Source of the DNA: Patescibacteria group bacterium
GTDB lineage: Bacteria; Patescibacteriota; Microgenomatia; UBA10105; UBA927
Direction of reading: 5' to 3'
Assembly: GCA_035510735.1 (NCBI GenBank)
Contig: DATKGN010000013.1
Location: 128,596-192,595 of the forward strand
DNA length: 64,000 bases
How positions within the stretch are numbered: the first letter of the stretch is position 1; each line of letters opens with the position of its first letter. Positions 50,509 to 60,585 of the stretch are shown piece after piece. The notes below the pieces were generated by a model. That model did no database searches. It saw nothing but the letters and a program-made list of their open reading frames with translations, and was not told the origin of the DNA. The position numbers were made by a program, and so were the translations under genes.

Positions 50509-51087
50509 TCACCGGGTGACATAGCGGGTTATAAATTCAAGAAATTTGCCATAGTGCATGTAGATAAGATAGCCATTAACCAACAGTAAACCGGGGAAAA
50601 CACCGAGCGTCTCGACGAAACTGCCCGTTGTAACCCGAAGCAGTTTAAAAGGAGGTAATCCCATTCTCACGGGAATCGGAAACAACCAAGGGACGCCTTC
50701 TTTTGTAATCGTATCCATGACAAGGTGCGACGCATAGCCAAACATAAACGCCCACCAAACGAGGTGCATATCAACAAGTAGAAATTTATGCACATAGCCC
50801 AGTATGAATGACAGTCCCCACCCGGCAAGACCCATCCCGACTAACGAATGGGATATCATGCGGTGGTGCCCTAAAAGTGGCGAGACAATATGTCCGAGTA
50901 CGGACCCTGCTGGGATCTTCCGCCACAGATCCGCTGTTGGTTGATCTAAATCCGGAGTCACTCCACCGATTGCACACATGACCCCCACCACTACTGCTGT
51001 GGCTAAACTCATCCGTATAAGCGGTTCGTACGTGAGGAATACTGTCAGGGTTGTTAAAGCAGCCAGATCATGCGTTCTTCCGGTCAT
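50509..51087 (-). CDS. YdjM-like (LexA-binding) inner-membrane metal-dependent hydrolase
   Basis: M.G.TH, PDLD, HR..SHSL and SHL..D..T..GVP. Confidence 0.88.
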   Translation of the reverse strand: MTGRTHDLAALTTLTVFLTYEPLIRMSLATAVVVGVMCAIGGVTPDLDQPTADLWRKIPAGSVLGHIVSPLLGHHRMISHSLVGMGLAGWGLSFILGYVHKFLLVDMHLVWWAFMFGYASHLVMDTITKEGVPWLFPIPVRMGLPPFKLLRVTTGSFVETLGVFPGLLLVNGYLIYMHYGKFLEFITRYVTR

Positions 51088-51105
51088 GGGATAATAATAC
51101 CTTAT

Positions 51106-52449
51106 CTATTCAATCCACGTAACATATCTCCCTGTGACCATAAAAGGAAGTACTTTATGTGTACCGAGATTGAGGATCTGAATCGTGGTGAATTGGCGCA
51201 TGTCGGGATTCTGATCATATGGACTGATAATATGCTGATCAATCGGATATTTTTCGAACGATAGATAGTTATCATCAGGGGAAATTTTACTTCTCTCCAG
51301 ACTATACGCGTTATCGGTCATATTCAGGATTATTTTTTTGGAATCCAACTCAATGAGTTTCAAACCCAGCTTCTGATCTCTTGAATACAGCGGCTGAAAA
51401 CTGTAACTTACCATAGTTCCGTCATAGCTTATATTCGGAAATAATGCACTCTCATTATCGGAGCTTATCTTCTTGCTTTGACCGTTATAAAGGATAACAG
51501 ACGGATTCCCGCTTGCGAATGCACCTGATAGGACGATCTTATCTCCTAACGCATCCGATCCCCCGTAATCGGTAAATTTTCCAAGCAACACATCCTCTTC
51601 ATTCCTTATCGTGTGGAGAAAAAATATTTCATCCGTTTCACCGACTAGAGAAAGTAACATCGTATTATTGTCAGGCAATAGCCAAATACTTACCAACTGC
51701 CCCATCACAGGACTCAGCGCTATATTTTTCGTAAGTTGTGTAAATAAATTTGCCGAAATAAACGTATTACCGTAGTTTCCCTGATCGGGAGACATGCGGG
51801 GCAGCACATAAATCGTTTGACCATCCTTACTTAACTGAATCTGTGTGTAATATGCCCTCTCGTTTTGCAAAATATTTGTGGTTTTCTTCGTCGCCATGTC
51901 ATAAAGAAACACATCGTTCGTATCCCGACCGCTATCCTTGATATAGGCTATAGTTCCGCTTGCTACTTTGTAATCAATGATATTAAAAGTATTCGGTATC
52001 GTTTCACTACGGCCATTCAAATCCATGAGATGGAGCTCTGTATCGGAGCTGATATAGACAAAATAGCCATTTTGAGTACGAAATGACTCTTCAAACGAAC
52101 CTGGTAAACGCTTATGATAAATATCCGTCGCTGATTTATCGATCCGCACCCGGTATTCCTGGTTATATCGCAATGGTTTTATCGGAGTGAAATACAGTGT
52201 GTTATTGACCCAACTGACATTGCCGGTAACGTTCGGCTGAATCGAAAAAGCATGACCGGCCGTCCGTTGATTCATCGGCCTCGTAAAACCAATCTTTATT
52301 TGTTGATCTAAAACGCCCACGGAATTATCCTTCATGGTTTTAAAAGAAACACCAACGACCCGTGGTGAAGTAAAATTGGAAATAATTATTACAAGAACCG
52401 TTACGAAAAAAATACATATATTAATGACGATAAATGGCTCTCTTTTCAT
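51106..52449 (-). CDS. Membrane-anchored Ig-like (Big_5-type) plus TolB-like propeller protein
   Basis: I.FTRPM...I.P...G...W....L.F.P, followed by S.DG repeats. Confidence 0.75.
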   Translation of the reverse strand: MKREPFIVINICIFFVTVLVIIISNFTSPRVVGVSFKTMKDNSVGVLDQQIKIGFTRPMNQRTAGHAFSIQPNVTGNVSWVNNTLYFTPIKPLRYNQEYRVRIDKSATDIYHKRLPGSFEESFRTQNGYFVYISSDTELHLMDLNGRSETIPNTFNIIDYKVASGTIAYIKDSGRDTNDVFLYDMATKKTTNILQNERAYYTQIQLSKDGQTIYVLPRMSPDQGNYGNTFISANLFTQLTKNIALSPVMGQLVSIWLLPDNNTMLLSLVGETDEIFFLHTIRNEEDVLLGKFTDYGGSDALGDKIVLSGAFASGNPSVILYNGQSKKISSDNESALFPNISYDGTMVSYSFQPLYSRDQKLGLKLIELDSKKIILNMTDNAYSLERSKISPDDNYLSFEKYPIDQHIISPYDQNPDMRQFTTIQILNLGTHKVLPFMVTGRYVTWIE

Positions 52450-52458
52450 GATTGTTCG

Positions 52459-53226
52459 TTAATATAAATATGGATCGCCGGGTGCACTGGTCAATTCGAT
52501 TGAATCGGGTTTAATGACATCCTGTCGGCTGCCGTTTATAGTTTTCACCTCAAATACGCCTTTAACGATTACCCAGTCATCCGCCTTCAGATGCTCTAAT
52601 TTCCGGTCAACAAGAAGACCGATAGGGGTGGCATCCGCAATACAGCAGGAAATCACGAACCTCGTTACCATAAACGTTCCGTCCCTTTGCGGCTGAACAA
52701 AGCCTTCAACGTTTACCGTTTTACCTTTATACGTTTCAGGTTCGGGATCAATTTGAAATAAACCAATCCAATCGGAAATATTATACGTATTGGTAATTGA
52801 TTTCCCCGTTAAAGAGCTGGAGCTTAAATAATTGACAAGTTCCGCTGAACTTTTAAATGTATTGTTAACTGCGGAATTCTGGTTCGATCCCCGTCGAAGC
52901 GCGGTAGCCGACGAAAGGGCACGCTTTGGAATAACGATACCGATAATAAGAGCGGCGGAAATGCATATAAGTACCAGCAATTTTTTAAAGGAAACATCCC
53001 ACACCAGTTTCCGTGGTTTTGGCACATTGAAAATAAGAATAATACTTACCGAGCCGGCTACAAATAACGCGATACCCATTAAAAACGTAAAAAGATCATA
53101 GTCGGGCCTAATATAATACAGTAACCCTCCCGTCAGTCTTAAATACATAAGATATGCTCCTGAAAGCAGCAAAAATGCACTTTCCAGGAGGTCCGAAATG
53201 TGAATGGTATTTCGTTGGATCTTCAT
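52459..53226 (-). CDS. YcgQ/TIGR03943 (DUF1980) family permease subunit
   Basis: YYI.P, GFV and RF.ISCCIADA...W..V.G. Confidence 0.85.
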   Translation of the reverse strand: MKIQRNTIHISDLLESAFLLLSGAYLMYLRLTGGLLYYIRPDYDLFTFLMGIALFVAGSVSIILIFNVPKPRKLVWDVSFKKLLVLICISAALIIGIVIPKRALSSATALRRGSNQNSAVNNTFKSSAELVNYLSSSSLTGKSITNTYNISDWIGLFQIDPEPETYKGKTVNVEGFVQPQRDGTFMVTRFVISCCIADATPIGLLVDRKLEHLKADDWVIVKGVFEVKTINGSRQDVIKPDSIELTSAPGDPYLY

Positions 53227-54122
53227 ATGCCGTATATATTCATAACTACGCTCGAAATAAGTACCATCTGAATTACTAACAAACTGATAATGAGTACGAA
53301 CCTCGGTTTAAATGTCGTAAGCATGAGGCTGACTGACCGGATATTAATCATCGGCCCGAAAACCATAAATGAGATCACGGAACTTAATGGAAACCTCCCG
53401 ACATATCCTAGCGCGACAAATGCGTCAACAGTGGAACAAATCGTCATAATAAAAGCCAATATCATCATGGCGATGGTCGCAAGAATCGGAGTGCTTGCGA
53501 TGGAAGCGACGGAATTTCTCGACAGCGTAGTCACAAATGCGGCGACAGCAGCGCCGACAACCAATGCTCCCATTGCATTTATCGTCTCCGTTCTGAATAT
53601 CCGGGAAATTTGATTAAGCTTATCCTGAACAGTCAGCCCATGATGGTCGTAAATGTCACATTCTTGTAAAACACTTTTGGTGAGCACGTCGGAAATATTT
53701 CCGTACATCGATACAATTAATCCGACAAGGACAGCAATAAGGAGGGTAATGAACGCCCGCAATATAACCACTTCAGGTGAAAATCGAAAAGCGGTGAAGG
53801 TCGCAAGAAGGACGATGGGGTTTATGGCAGCCGCCAACAGGAACGAAACGGTTTGTGAGACAGGTACACCTTTTGCAATAAGCCGCCTCGCAACGGGAAT
53901 GTTACCGCATTCGCACACCGGAAAAAAAAATCCCAAAAGCGCAATACACACATGGCTGAGAATTCTGTTTTTCGGTATGAATTTTACCAGTGCTTCGTCG
54001 GATACGAACGTACTTAACAGACTCGATACGATTACCCCCAACGTTATGAACGGAAGTGCCTCGATGATAATCGAGAAAAAAACGTTTATCGAATCGAGAA
54101 ATACTGTTGGATAACCGGACAT
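53223..54122 (-). CDS. YcgR/UPF0718 family permease
   Basis: EALPF, PVCECG and CSTVDAF...GPM. Confidence 0.88.
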   Translation of the reverse strand: MSGYPTVFLDSINVFFSIIIEALPFITLGVIVSSLLSTFVSDEALVKFIPKNRILSHVCIALLGFFFPVCECGNIPVARRLIAKGVPVSQTVSFLLAAAINPIVLLATFTAFRFSPEVVILRAFITLLIAVLVGLIVSMYGNISDVLTKSVLQECDIYDHHGLTVQDKLNQISRIFRTETINAMGALVVGAAVAAFVTTLSRNSVASIASTPILATIAMMILAFIMTICSTVDAFVALGYVGRFPLSSVISFMVFGPMINIRSVSLMLTTFKPRFVLIISLLVIQMVLISSVVMNIYGI

Positions 54123-54159
54123 AAAAATCCATTATATACCCAGTTACTTTGGAATGGGG

Positions 54160-54747
54160 TCACTGTATTTGTTTGTAGATATCATACCAATTTTTCGCAA
54201 TAGCCTGTTGTACCTGGACTAGGGTCATATTTCCGTCACACACTTCTTTATGCAAATAATTTTCGACCAGGTCTTTTTCATTTGTCGACGGGTGCGGTTC
54301 CGGCCAGAGATTTTTAGCGTCCGTCGGACTCCCCCCGAGTTCAAGCGATATAAAATGATCCTCCTCAAAGTCGCTCATATTCGTATCTGAGTAGCCATAA
54401 TCCTTCATCTGCTGTTTCTTGAGATCATTAGTGTAAGTCACTGAAGGGCGGACCGTTTGTGTGTACCCTGATTTGCAAATTGTCGTTTCGAGATTTTCCT
54501 GGATAACTGCGGGATCAATGACACCGGGCGTACAATTGGGATCAGGAAGATATGCCTGCGGATCGGACTCGTTAACGTGAATTGCATGACATGTGCCCCC
54601 GGTCGTCTCCGAGAGTACATTACCCGCTGTCGGCGTTACCGTAAGAGGCGTTATCAATGTTTGCTTTGTCCCCTGATTCGTCGACAAAAACCATGCAACA
54701 ACGATCAGTAATGTTATAAGTGAAAATAATTGTTTTGATTTTCTCAT
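54160..54747 (-). CDS. Membrane-anchored HNH/His-Me-finger-like protein
   Basis: EEDHFISLELGG...NLWPE...KD..EN.LH..VC.G after an N-terminal TM. Confidence 0.65.
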   Translation of the reverse strand: MRKSKQLFSLITLLIVVAWFLSTNQGTKQTLITPLTVTPTAGNVLSETTGGTCHAIHVNESDPQAYLPDPNCTPGVIDPAVIQENLETTICKSGYTQTVRPSVTYTNDLKKQQMKDYGYSDTNMSDFEEDHFISLELGGSPTDAKNLWPEPHPSTNEKDLVENYLHKEVCDGNMTLVQVQQAIAKNWYDIYKQIQ

Positions 54748-54953
54748 TTTGACCCGCGGACCTTTCGCCTGGCGTCGCTTTCATGATCAGCAATGAAGAA
54801 ACAAATAAAAAACAGGATGACTTCTGCCCCGATAATCCATACGTACGGATGATCAAGCGTCAATTTATACCGATTCCAAACCGTTATCATCAGGACGCTT
54901 ATAAATATGAACGCAACCCCTGACTTCGGTACAAAGTACCAAAAATTTATCAT
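54744..54953 (-). CDS. Small 2-TM hypothetical protein
   Basis: 69 aa with a GAGGGG RBS and a 4-nt overlap with the next gene. Confidence 0.6.
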   Translation of the reverse strand: MINFWYFVPKSGVAFIFISVLMITVWNRYKLTLDHPYVWIIGAEVILFFICFFIADHESDARRKVRGSK

Positions 54954-55153
54954 AAAGCTCAGCCCCTCTTATTATCATCCGATCCGGAGAAAATTCAAGA
55001 AAGAATATCCCACGTTGTTGTATACTATATGAGGGAATGTATTAAATTCGGGCGTTATGCGGGCCCAAAGGGGTCGATCTCCGGTGCTCCGCTTTTCATA
55101 CGGGTTATACCCGATCAATAAATAATAATCCTTACATTGGACCAATGGTTTAT

Positions 55154-56446
55154 ATGAACATATTTCAAAAATTCGGGGATAAAACATTTTCATCACTCAA
55201 AATCCGGAACTATCGTCTGTATTTTATCGGACAGGGGATATCGCTTGCCGGCACCTGGATGCAGACCGTTGCACAGGCATGGCTCGTCCTCCAGATTTCG
55301 CATTCCGGTACTACGCTCGGCATAGTATCGGCATTACAATTTTTGCCGATTTTACTGTTCGGCCCGATGGCGGGCGTACTCGTGGACCGGTTTTCTAAAA
55401 AAACCATCCTCTACTATACTCAGGCAGTCTCTGCCGTTCTTGCATTAGCGCTCGGAATTCTCGTTGCCATGGGACACATCCAATTGTGGGAGGTCTATGT
55501 GTTGGCGCTTTTACTCGGACTTGTCGGTGCGCTTGATAACCCGGCACGTCAGACATTTATTCTTGAAATGGTCGGAGAAAATGAACTTTCAAACGCCGTC
55601 ACGCTCAGTACGGCAGAACTTAATCTTGCCCGTGTTGCAGGACCGGCACTCGCGGGCGCCCTCATCGCAACGGTCGGGTTGTCGGTTTGTTTCATACTGA
55701 ATGCCGTATCGTACATCGCAGTCATCTTCGTATTCTTTAAGATGCATGATAAGGAAATTCACGCGTTCGCGGCGACTAAAAAACTGAAAGGCCAGCTGTC
55801 GGAAGGATTCCGTTACGTCCTCTCCACCCCCTACCTCCGTGATGCGCTTATCATCATGGCCATCATAGGAACCTTCACCTATGAATTTGCGGTAAACCTC
55901 CCACTTTTTACCCAATTCACCCTCCATGGTGATGCCGGCACGTACGCAATTCTCACGGCGTTTATGGGGATGGGCGCGGTCATAGGAGGATTATATACCG
56001 CCCACCGCGCGCAGGCGACCGAGCGGATGTTAGTGAACACTGCATTCTTTTTAGGTTTGAGTACGCTTCTCACTTCACTTATGCCGACCGCATTGTTTGC
56101 ATTTGCATCTCTTGCAATTGTCGGGTACTGTTCGGTAAATTTTATATCACAAAGCAATATCCTCCTTCAGCTTAAATCAATCCCCGAGATGCGCGGACGC
56201 GTAATGGCGCTCTGGACCGTGGCATTTTTAGGATCGACGGTGATCGGCGCTCCCATCATCGGATGGATCGGAGAAACATTTAGTCCCCGCTGGGGGTTGG
56301 GAGTGAGCGGGCTTGCGGCGATCATCGCGGCGGGTTACGGGATGCTCAAAATGCGCGGGACGACACAGCAACAAATCCCGAAGCAAATCATGATCGAAAG
56401 TGAAGAAGCACAGCTAACGGAAGAGAAAGAGACACGTGCTATATAG
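55154..56446 (+). CDS. MFS transporter (DUF894/EntS-like)
   Basis: S..GTWMQ.VAQ.W, G.L.DR and RGRV. Confidence 0.92.
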   Translation: MNIFQKFGDKTFSSLKIRNYRLYFIGQGISLAGTWMQTVAQAWLVLQISHSGTTLGIVSALQFLPILLFGPMAGVLVDRFSKKTILYYTQAVSAVLALALGILVAMGHIQLWEVYVLALLLGLVGALDNPARQTFILEMVGENELSNAVTLSTAELNLARVAGPALAGALIATVGLSVCFILNAVSYIAVIFVFFKMHDKEIHAFAATKKLKGQLSEGFRYVLSTPYLRDALIIMAIIGTFTYEFAVNLPLFTQFTLHGDAGTYAILTAFMGMGAVIGGLYTAHRAQATERMLVNTAFFLGLSTLLTSLMPTALFAFASLAIVGYCSVNFISQSNILLQLKSIPEMRGRVMALWTVAFLGSTVIGAPIIGWIGETFSPRWGLGVSGLAAIIAAGYGMLKMRGTTQQQIPKQIMIESEEAQLTEEKETRAI

Positions 56447-56593
56447 ACCTAACGCCCCAGGCTAGAATTCTTTGAAATTGTAAAGCGGAATAAAAGCTCT
56501 ATCATAAAAATATGCTCGCACAAAACGTCACCCTCTCCTACGAGAGGTGGTAATATCCTAGGTCTCTTGCAGAATTAGAAACTCCAATGCAGC

Positions 56594-57211
56594 TTATTTA
56601 TTTACTACTTTTATTCTGTTATTCGGAATCGGCTCAAATATCAGCACTTCCGGTATTTCGAAATCACCGAAGTCGTTTTCGGCTCCATGATGGCTTTCAC
56701 TCATATATTCCTGTAAGGTCTTCGCCTTTTCCCAATATTCCTGTGCAAAATCAAACGCATTTTGACGTTCATCCCTCGCTAACCTGGCTGCAACTTCGTC
56801 AAATCTAGCAGAATCAACAACTATCGCGTTAATGCCAGGATCAACCGTTATTTCTACTAACGCTACGTTGAGTTTCGTAGCTTGATTTATATCTTGAGAC
56901 TTTAGCTGAGATGGATGGCGGGGGTAGGCAAATATCGCATTTCTTCTGTCAAATCCGATTCCAAGTGATTTTGCAGCATCTGAAAAAATATTTTCTACTT
57001 CGGGATTGCCTAAAGGAGTATCCTCATCATGAATCCCCTGACTTGTAACTTGTGGTAGAGTTTCAATAGAAACATACCTATACAGTGTATAAGGTTGTCC
57101 CAATATTTCGTGAGCGCCTGGTACAATAATCTTCGCCTGCGTTGATGTATCAGCAGTAGCACCGATACCTTGAGATGGGTTTTCTGTGCTTCCGGTTAGT
57201 CCGTCTGGCAT
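56594..57211 (-). CDS. Hypothetical protein, possible ADP-ribosyltransferase-like fold
   Basis: LYRY...GI...AIFA...VALVEI...EVLI..PIP..RI spacing pattern. TAAAAT lies 6 nt before the ATG. Confidence 0.6.
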   Translation of the reverse strand: MPDGLTGSTENPSQGIGATADTSTQAKIIVPGAHEILGQPYTLYRYVSIETLPQVTSQGIHDEDTPLGNPEVENIFSDAAKSLGIGFDRRNAIFAYPRHPSQLKSQDINQATKLNVALVEITVDPGINAIVVDSARFDEVAARLARDERQNAFDFAQEYWEKAKTLQEYMSESHHGAENDFGDFEIPEVLIFEPIPNNRIKVVNK

Positions 57212-57232
57212 ACAACAATTTTACTACTGAAT

Positions 57233-58222
57233 CTATATTAGTAAAAGGTGAGTGTTATTAGACATATTCAACCCCTCTTCTCCCATCAATTTATAATAAA
57301 TTGTTTGCCCGGGGTTTTCGTCTTTACCGGTTTTTTGGAGATATTCAGGAATCATGAGATTTGAAGCAAACGTCGCTTTAATGAGAAGCGGGAGAATCTC
57401 TTTCTCATACGCGTTTAATGACCCGCTTTGAAGATATTTACTAATAATTTGTTTATATATCAAGATATTCTCCTCCAATGATTGTCGAAATTCCGTGCAG
57501 AAAAGTGCCATGAATGTCGCAAGGTCAAAAATTTTATAATTATAGTCAGTGCTCGCTAAATCGAGAATGCAATACTTACCATTTCGGTCCTTCATGACAT
57601 TTTCCCTGTGTAGATCAAAATGAACAATGGATTTCGTTAATTTTGAATAATCTATTTTATGGAATTCCTTAACGACAGGTTCGATGAGTTTTAAGTTGGA
57701 ATCTGTCAGAAATGTACGCTTTTTCTCAAATTCCCCCGCCAAATGAACGGTCAACCACATGTCGTAATTAGCAGATGTCGCAAAGTTCAGCGAATGAATT
57801 TTGGACAGGATATTCGTGATGTTTTTCTTATCCCCCGATGTCGGCTTCACATCTGTAAACCTGCTTCCATCAAAGTAGTCCATGACAATGAGATACGTTG
57901 CCGACTCTCCGATAATTTTATACAGGTAATCGCCTTGGGCAGTTTTATATAATTTCGGGACCGGGATACCGCCTTTGTAGTACTCCAGAAGCGCGGTAAC
58001 GTTTGATTGAATTGTTTTGCGGTCCTTGTCTTTTGAAAAAATCTTGACGATATACTTGCCTTTTGACGTTATAAGTAAGGAATTAACCTCCTCATACCCG
58101 ACAAGCAGAGATTCAAATGAAATGATCGATCCCAAACCAAAACTCTCCGTGACACTCGTTGCCACTTCATCTAATGAGATCGGTAAATATATTCTTTCAA
58201 GTAGTTTCCTTGTTGTGAGCAT
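57233..58222 (-). CDS. APH / type II homoserine kinase-like phosphotransferase
   Basis: YIVKI, HFDLHRENV (Brenner motif), ILDL and FDLA. Confidence 0.85.
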   Translation of the reverse strand: MLTTRKLLERIYLPISLDEVATSVTESFGLGSIISFESLLVGYEEVNSLLITSKGKYIVKIFSKDKDRKTIQSNVTALLEYYKGGIPVPKLYKTAQGDYLYKIIGESATYLIVMDYFDGSRFTDVKPTSGDKKNITNILSKIHSLNFATSANYDMWLTVHLAGEFEKKRTFLTDSNLKLIEPVVKEFHKIDYSKLTKSIVHFDLHRENVMKDRNGKYCILDLASTDYNYKIFDLATFMALFCTEFRQSLEENILIYKQIISKYLQSGSLNAYEKEILPLLIKATFASNLMIPEYLQKTGKDENPGQTIYYKLMGEEGLNMSNNTHLLLI

Positions 58223-58439
58223 GATTTAACAATCGGTATCTGATAACTCCCTTAGTGTATCATCCCGAAGCCATGTTGATATAAGAATACCGGTCCGGTA
58301 TATCTATTATATTAATATCACTCACCGGGTGTGAGAGTGCGTGATCTGTAATAAATGTTTTATCCCGTCCTGTCGATCTAATTTGACTATTAACCCCCTC
58401 AGGAGTACGATCTGTGTGACGTTCTAAAAAGGAAAATTT

Positions 58440-59123
58440 ATGACCAATGATGGCCAATTCAAGCCTACCCCAAAAGACGTTGCCTTAGGGCAGGAACAAA
58501 CTCCCGAAATTTCAAAATATGGGCAAATCGCCCTTTCTATAATTGATGGGGCGCAAATAGGGATGCAGCGCGTTATTGAGCTAGATCATGCCTTAGATAC
58601 ACGTGATCTGAATTTCTTACATCATAATTATACTTCTCTCAATATTGAGTATCCTTTTTCGCCTGTACTGAATTTCGGCGACTTGGACGATCCAGAAAGG
58701 CCCTGTGAGATTACCTTACTCGTCATATCTCAAAACGCGGGCGCTGGAGATCGTGTACCGCTATCGTATGGAGAGCGGATCATTTTTGGAAAAGGCATGG
58801 CTCTCGATTTATTGTCAAAGGTGAAGCCGGGTGAAACAGCTAAAATAGAAGGAAAAGGTACATATCGGGTACATTCACAGACACGTACTCCGGACAGTGA
58901 AATATCTCATGATCCGAGGGTGAATTTCAATAGAAAAAATACGGTGGGATTAACCTTAGAACTGGAATTAACAAACGATGCGAAAAAAGTTGTTTTCCGT
59001 TTTAGTACAAGAAAAACGGACAGGATATTTGTCGCCCAGGAACTTACGTTTGAAAAGGGCGTAATTCCGAAAATTTCAAGAGCACTTTCATCAATAAGCA
59101 GGTTTGGGAGAAACAGGAAGTAA
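58440..59123 (+). CDS. Hypothetical protein
   Basis: 227-aa ORF with AAAGGA upstream. No recognisable motif. Confidence 0.65.
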   Translation: MTNDGQFKPTPKDVALGQEQTPEISKYGQIALSIIDGAQIGMQRVIELDHALDTRDLNFLHHNYTSLNIEYPFSPVLNFGDLDDPERPCEITLLVISQNAGAGDRVPLSYGERIIFGKGMALDLLSKVKPGETAKIEGKGTYRVHSQTRTPDSEISHDPRVNFNRKNTVGLTLELELTNDAKKVVFRFSTRKTDRIFVAQELTFEKGVIPKISRALSSISRFGRNRK

Positions 59124-59147
59124 ATTTTCAAATCGACACCCATCGAC

Positions 59148-59184
59148 TCCTATTCGACTACGCAAGGCTAGGCTCAGGATGATA
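59148..59184 (-). repeat. REP-like hairpin forming the 3' end of the GIY-YIG gene
   Basis: Minus strand TATCATCCTGAGC-CTAGCCTT-GCGTAGTCGAATAGGA, related to CCCTGAGCGAAGTCGAAGGG (reverse complement of 37355-37374). Confidence 0.6.
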
Positions 59185-59466
59185 CTTTTTTAGATGAATT
59201 GTGTTTCCTGCAACAAGTGCTTCTTTCTTTGCCCGTGGCCATGTTTTGAGTTGGGTTTCCCTGTGCATTGCTGCTTTGCGAGAAGCGAAATGCTCCTCAT
59301 GTATTAATTCAACGGAATCAAAATACCGTACATATCGGGCTGATTTACTCCCCTTACTCTTATGTTCTTTGAGCCGTCGGGTCATGTTATTCGTCTGACC
59401 GGTGTAGAGCGTGTTTGCGGACGTGCGCAGGATATAGACGGTAAACGGTTTCTTCGTTCGTTTCAT
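59158..59466 (-). CDS. Small GIY-YIG nuclease (UPF0213/YazA-like)
   Basis: VYILR...LYTG.T....RRL.EH and A..RE..LK...R..K. Confidence 0.9.
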   Translation of the reverse strand: MKRTKKPFTVYILRTSANTLYTGQTNNMTRRLKEHKSKGSKSARYVRYFDSVELIHEEHFASRKAAMHRETQLKTWPRAKKEALVAGNTIHLKKYHPEPSLA

Positions 59467-59481
59467 GATATTAACTTCGTA

Positions 59482-60585
59482 TTATCGTCCATATTTTTGA
59501 ATTCCTGATTTTACAAGCTGGTACGATGTTTCGGAATTGTCTATATTTTCCGCATCCATAAAACTGAAGGCGAACAGGCCGTTATGAATAAGTTTTCGCA
59601 TCACATCATCAGTGAAAAGCATCCGCATGTCGGCATTGAATACATCCTCCGATCCGCTTGACGGTTTATAGTGTGAAAGCATCACCGGTTTGCCGTACGC
59701 CCCAAGAATACTGGTCATATCGAGCATCTCCTGGATGTTCGTGTCCGATTCCATCGTCTGGAAATCCGTAAAGTCAGAATCCCGCAGGACATCCGCAAAA
59801 TACGGAAATAGCGACAGCCCTCCTTTATTCACCTGGTCATCATATCTGCTTTGCCACCCGCCCCATGAGAGCGCAACCTTCGAGTGCGGCGCATACTGGT
59901 GGAAAATATCCTTAATTTTTCGGAAATTATCCTTGAGCGTATTGAAATAATTTTCATTGCCTATCCAATTATTATCGGTACAGGTGAATGATTGAAATTC
60001 CGTAAACAGCGACACATAGAGAGGACCGCTTCCGTTATAAATCTGCGCTAATTGCTTCATATCGTCGAGGATTTGAGTTGAAACCGGATACGGCCGGCCA
60101 CATGCAGTGCCGTAGGGAGTCTGTATCGTCTCCTCCGGAAGGTCAGTCCAGGTGATGAGATGGACGACAAACCCAGCGGCATATAGTCTTGGAATCAGGT
60201 CGTTTTGTTGGACCCGCATCCACTCAAGATCTTTAGGGCCGTTATACCAACTGGTGAGCATATGGACCGGCGCTTCTTTAACAAGCCGGAAATCCATGGC
60301 GGGCCCTGCCTGTGAACCGATGCCAAAAAGAATTTTTAGCGGCGGCGCTGGAACGGGAGTATTTGTCGGGGTAACCGTCGCCGTCGGAGTCATGGTGTTT
60401 GTCGGAATAGGAGTATTAGTAACTGTGGGCTGAGTTGTTACTATTGGCTGTTTGACAGAAAGTATATTGATGTTCCGCCCTGATCGTAGTAATAAAATAG
60501 AAGAGTATATCAATACTACACAGAGTAATCCGACGCCAATACCTATTTGTACATTTCTACCTACCCGCAATCTCATCCATTTCAT
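59482..60585 (-). CDS. Membrane-anchored protein with a Pro/Thr linker and putative glycoside-hydrolase-like TIM barrel
   Basis: TM, PT repeats and an aromatic-rich domain with FTEF and GKPVMLS. The family assignment is tentative. Confidence 0.65.
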   Translation of the reverse strand: MKWMRLRVGRNVQIGIGVGLLCVVLIYSSILLLRSGRNINILSVKQPIVTTQPTVTNTPIPTNTMTPTATVTPTNTPVPAPPLKILFGIGSQAGPAMDFRLVKEAPVHMLTSWYNGPKDLEWMRVQQNDLIPRLYAAGFVVHLITWTDLPEETIQTPYGTACGRPYPVSTQILDDMKQLAQIYNGSGPLYVSLFTEFQSFTCTDNNWIGNENYFNTLKDNFRKIKDIFHQYAPHSKVALSWGGWQSRYDDQVNKGGLSLFPYFADVLRDSDFTDFQTMESDTNIQEMLDMTSILGAYGKPVMLSHYKPSSGSEDVFNADMRMLFTDDVMRKLIHNGLFAFSFMDAENIDNSETSYQLVKSGIQKYGR

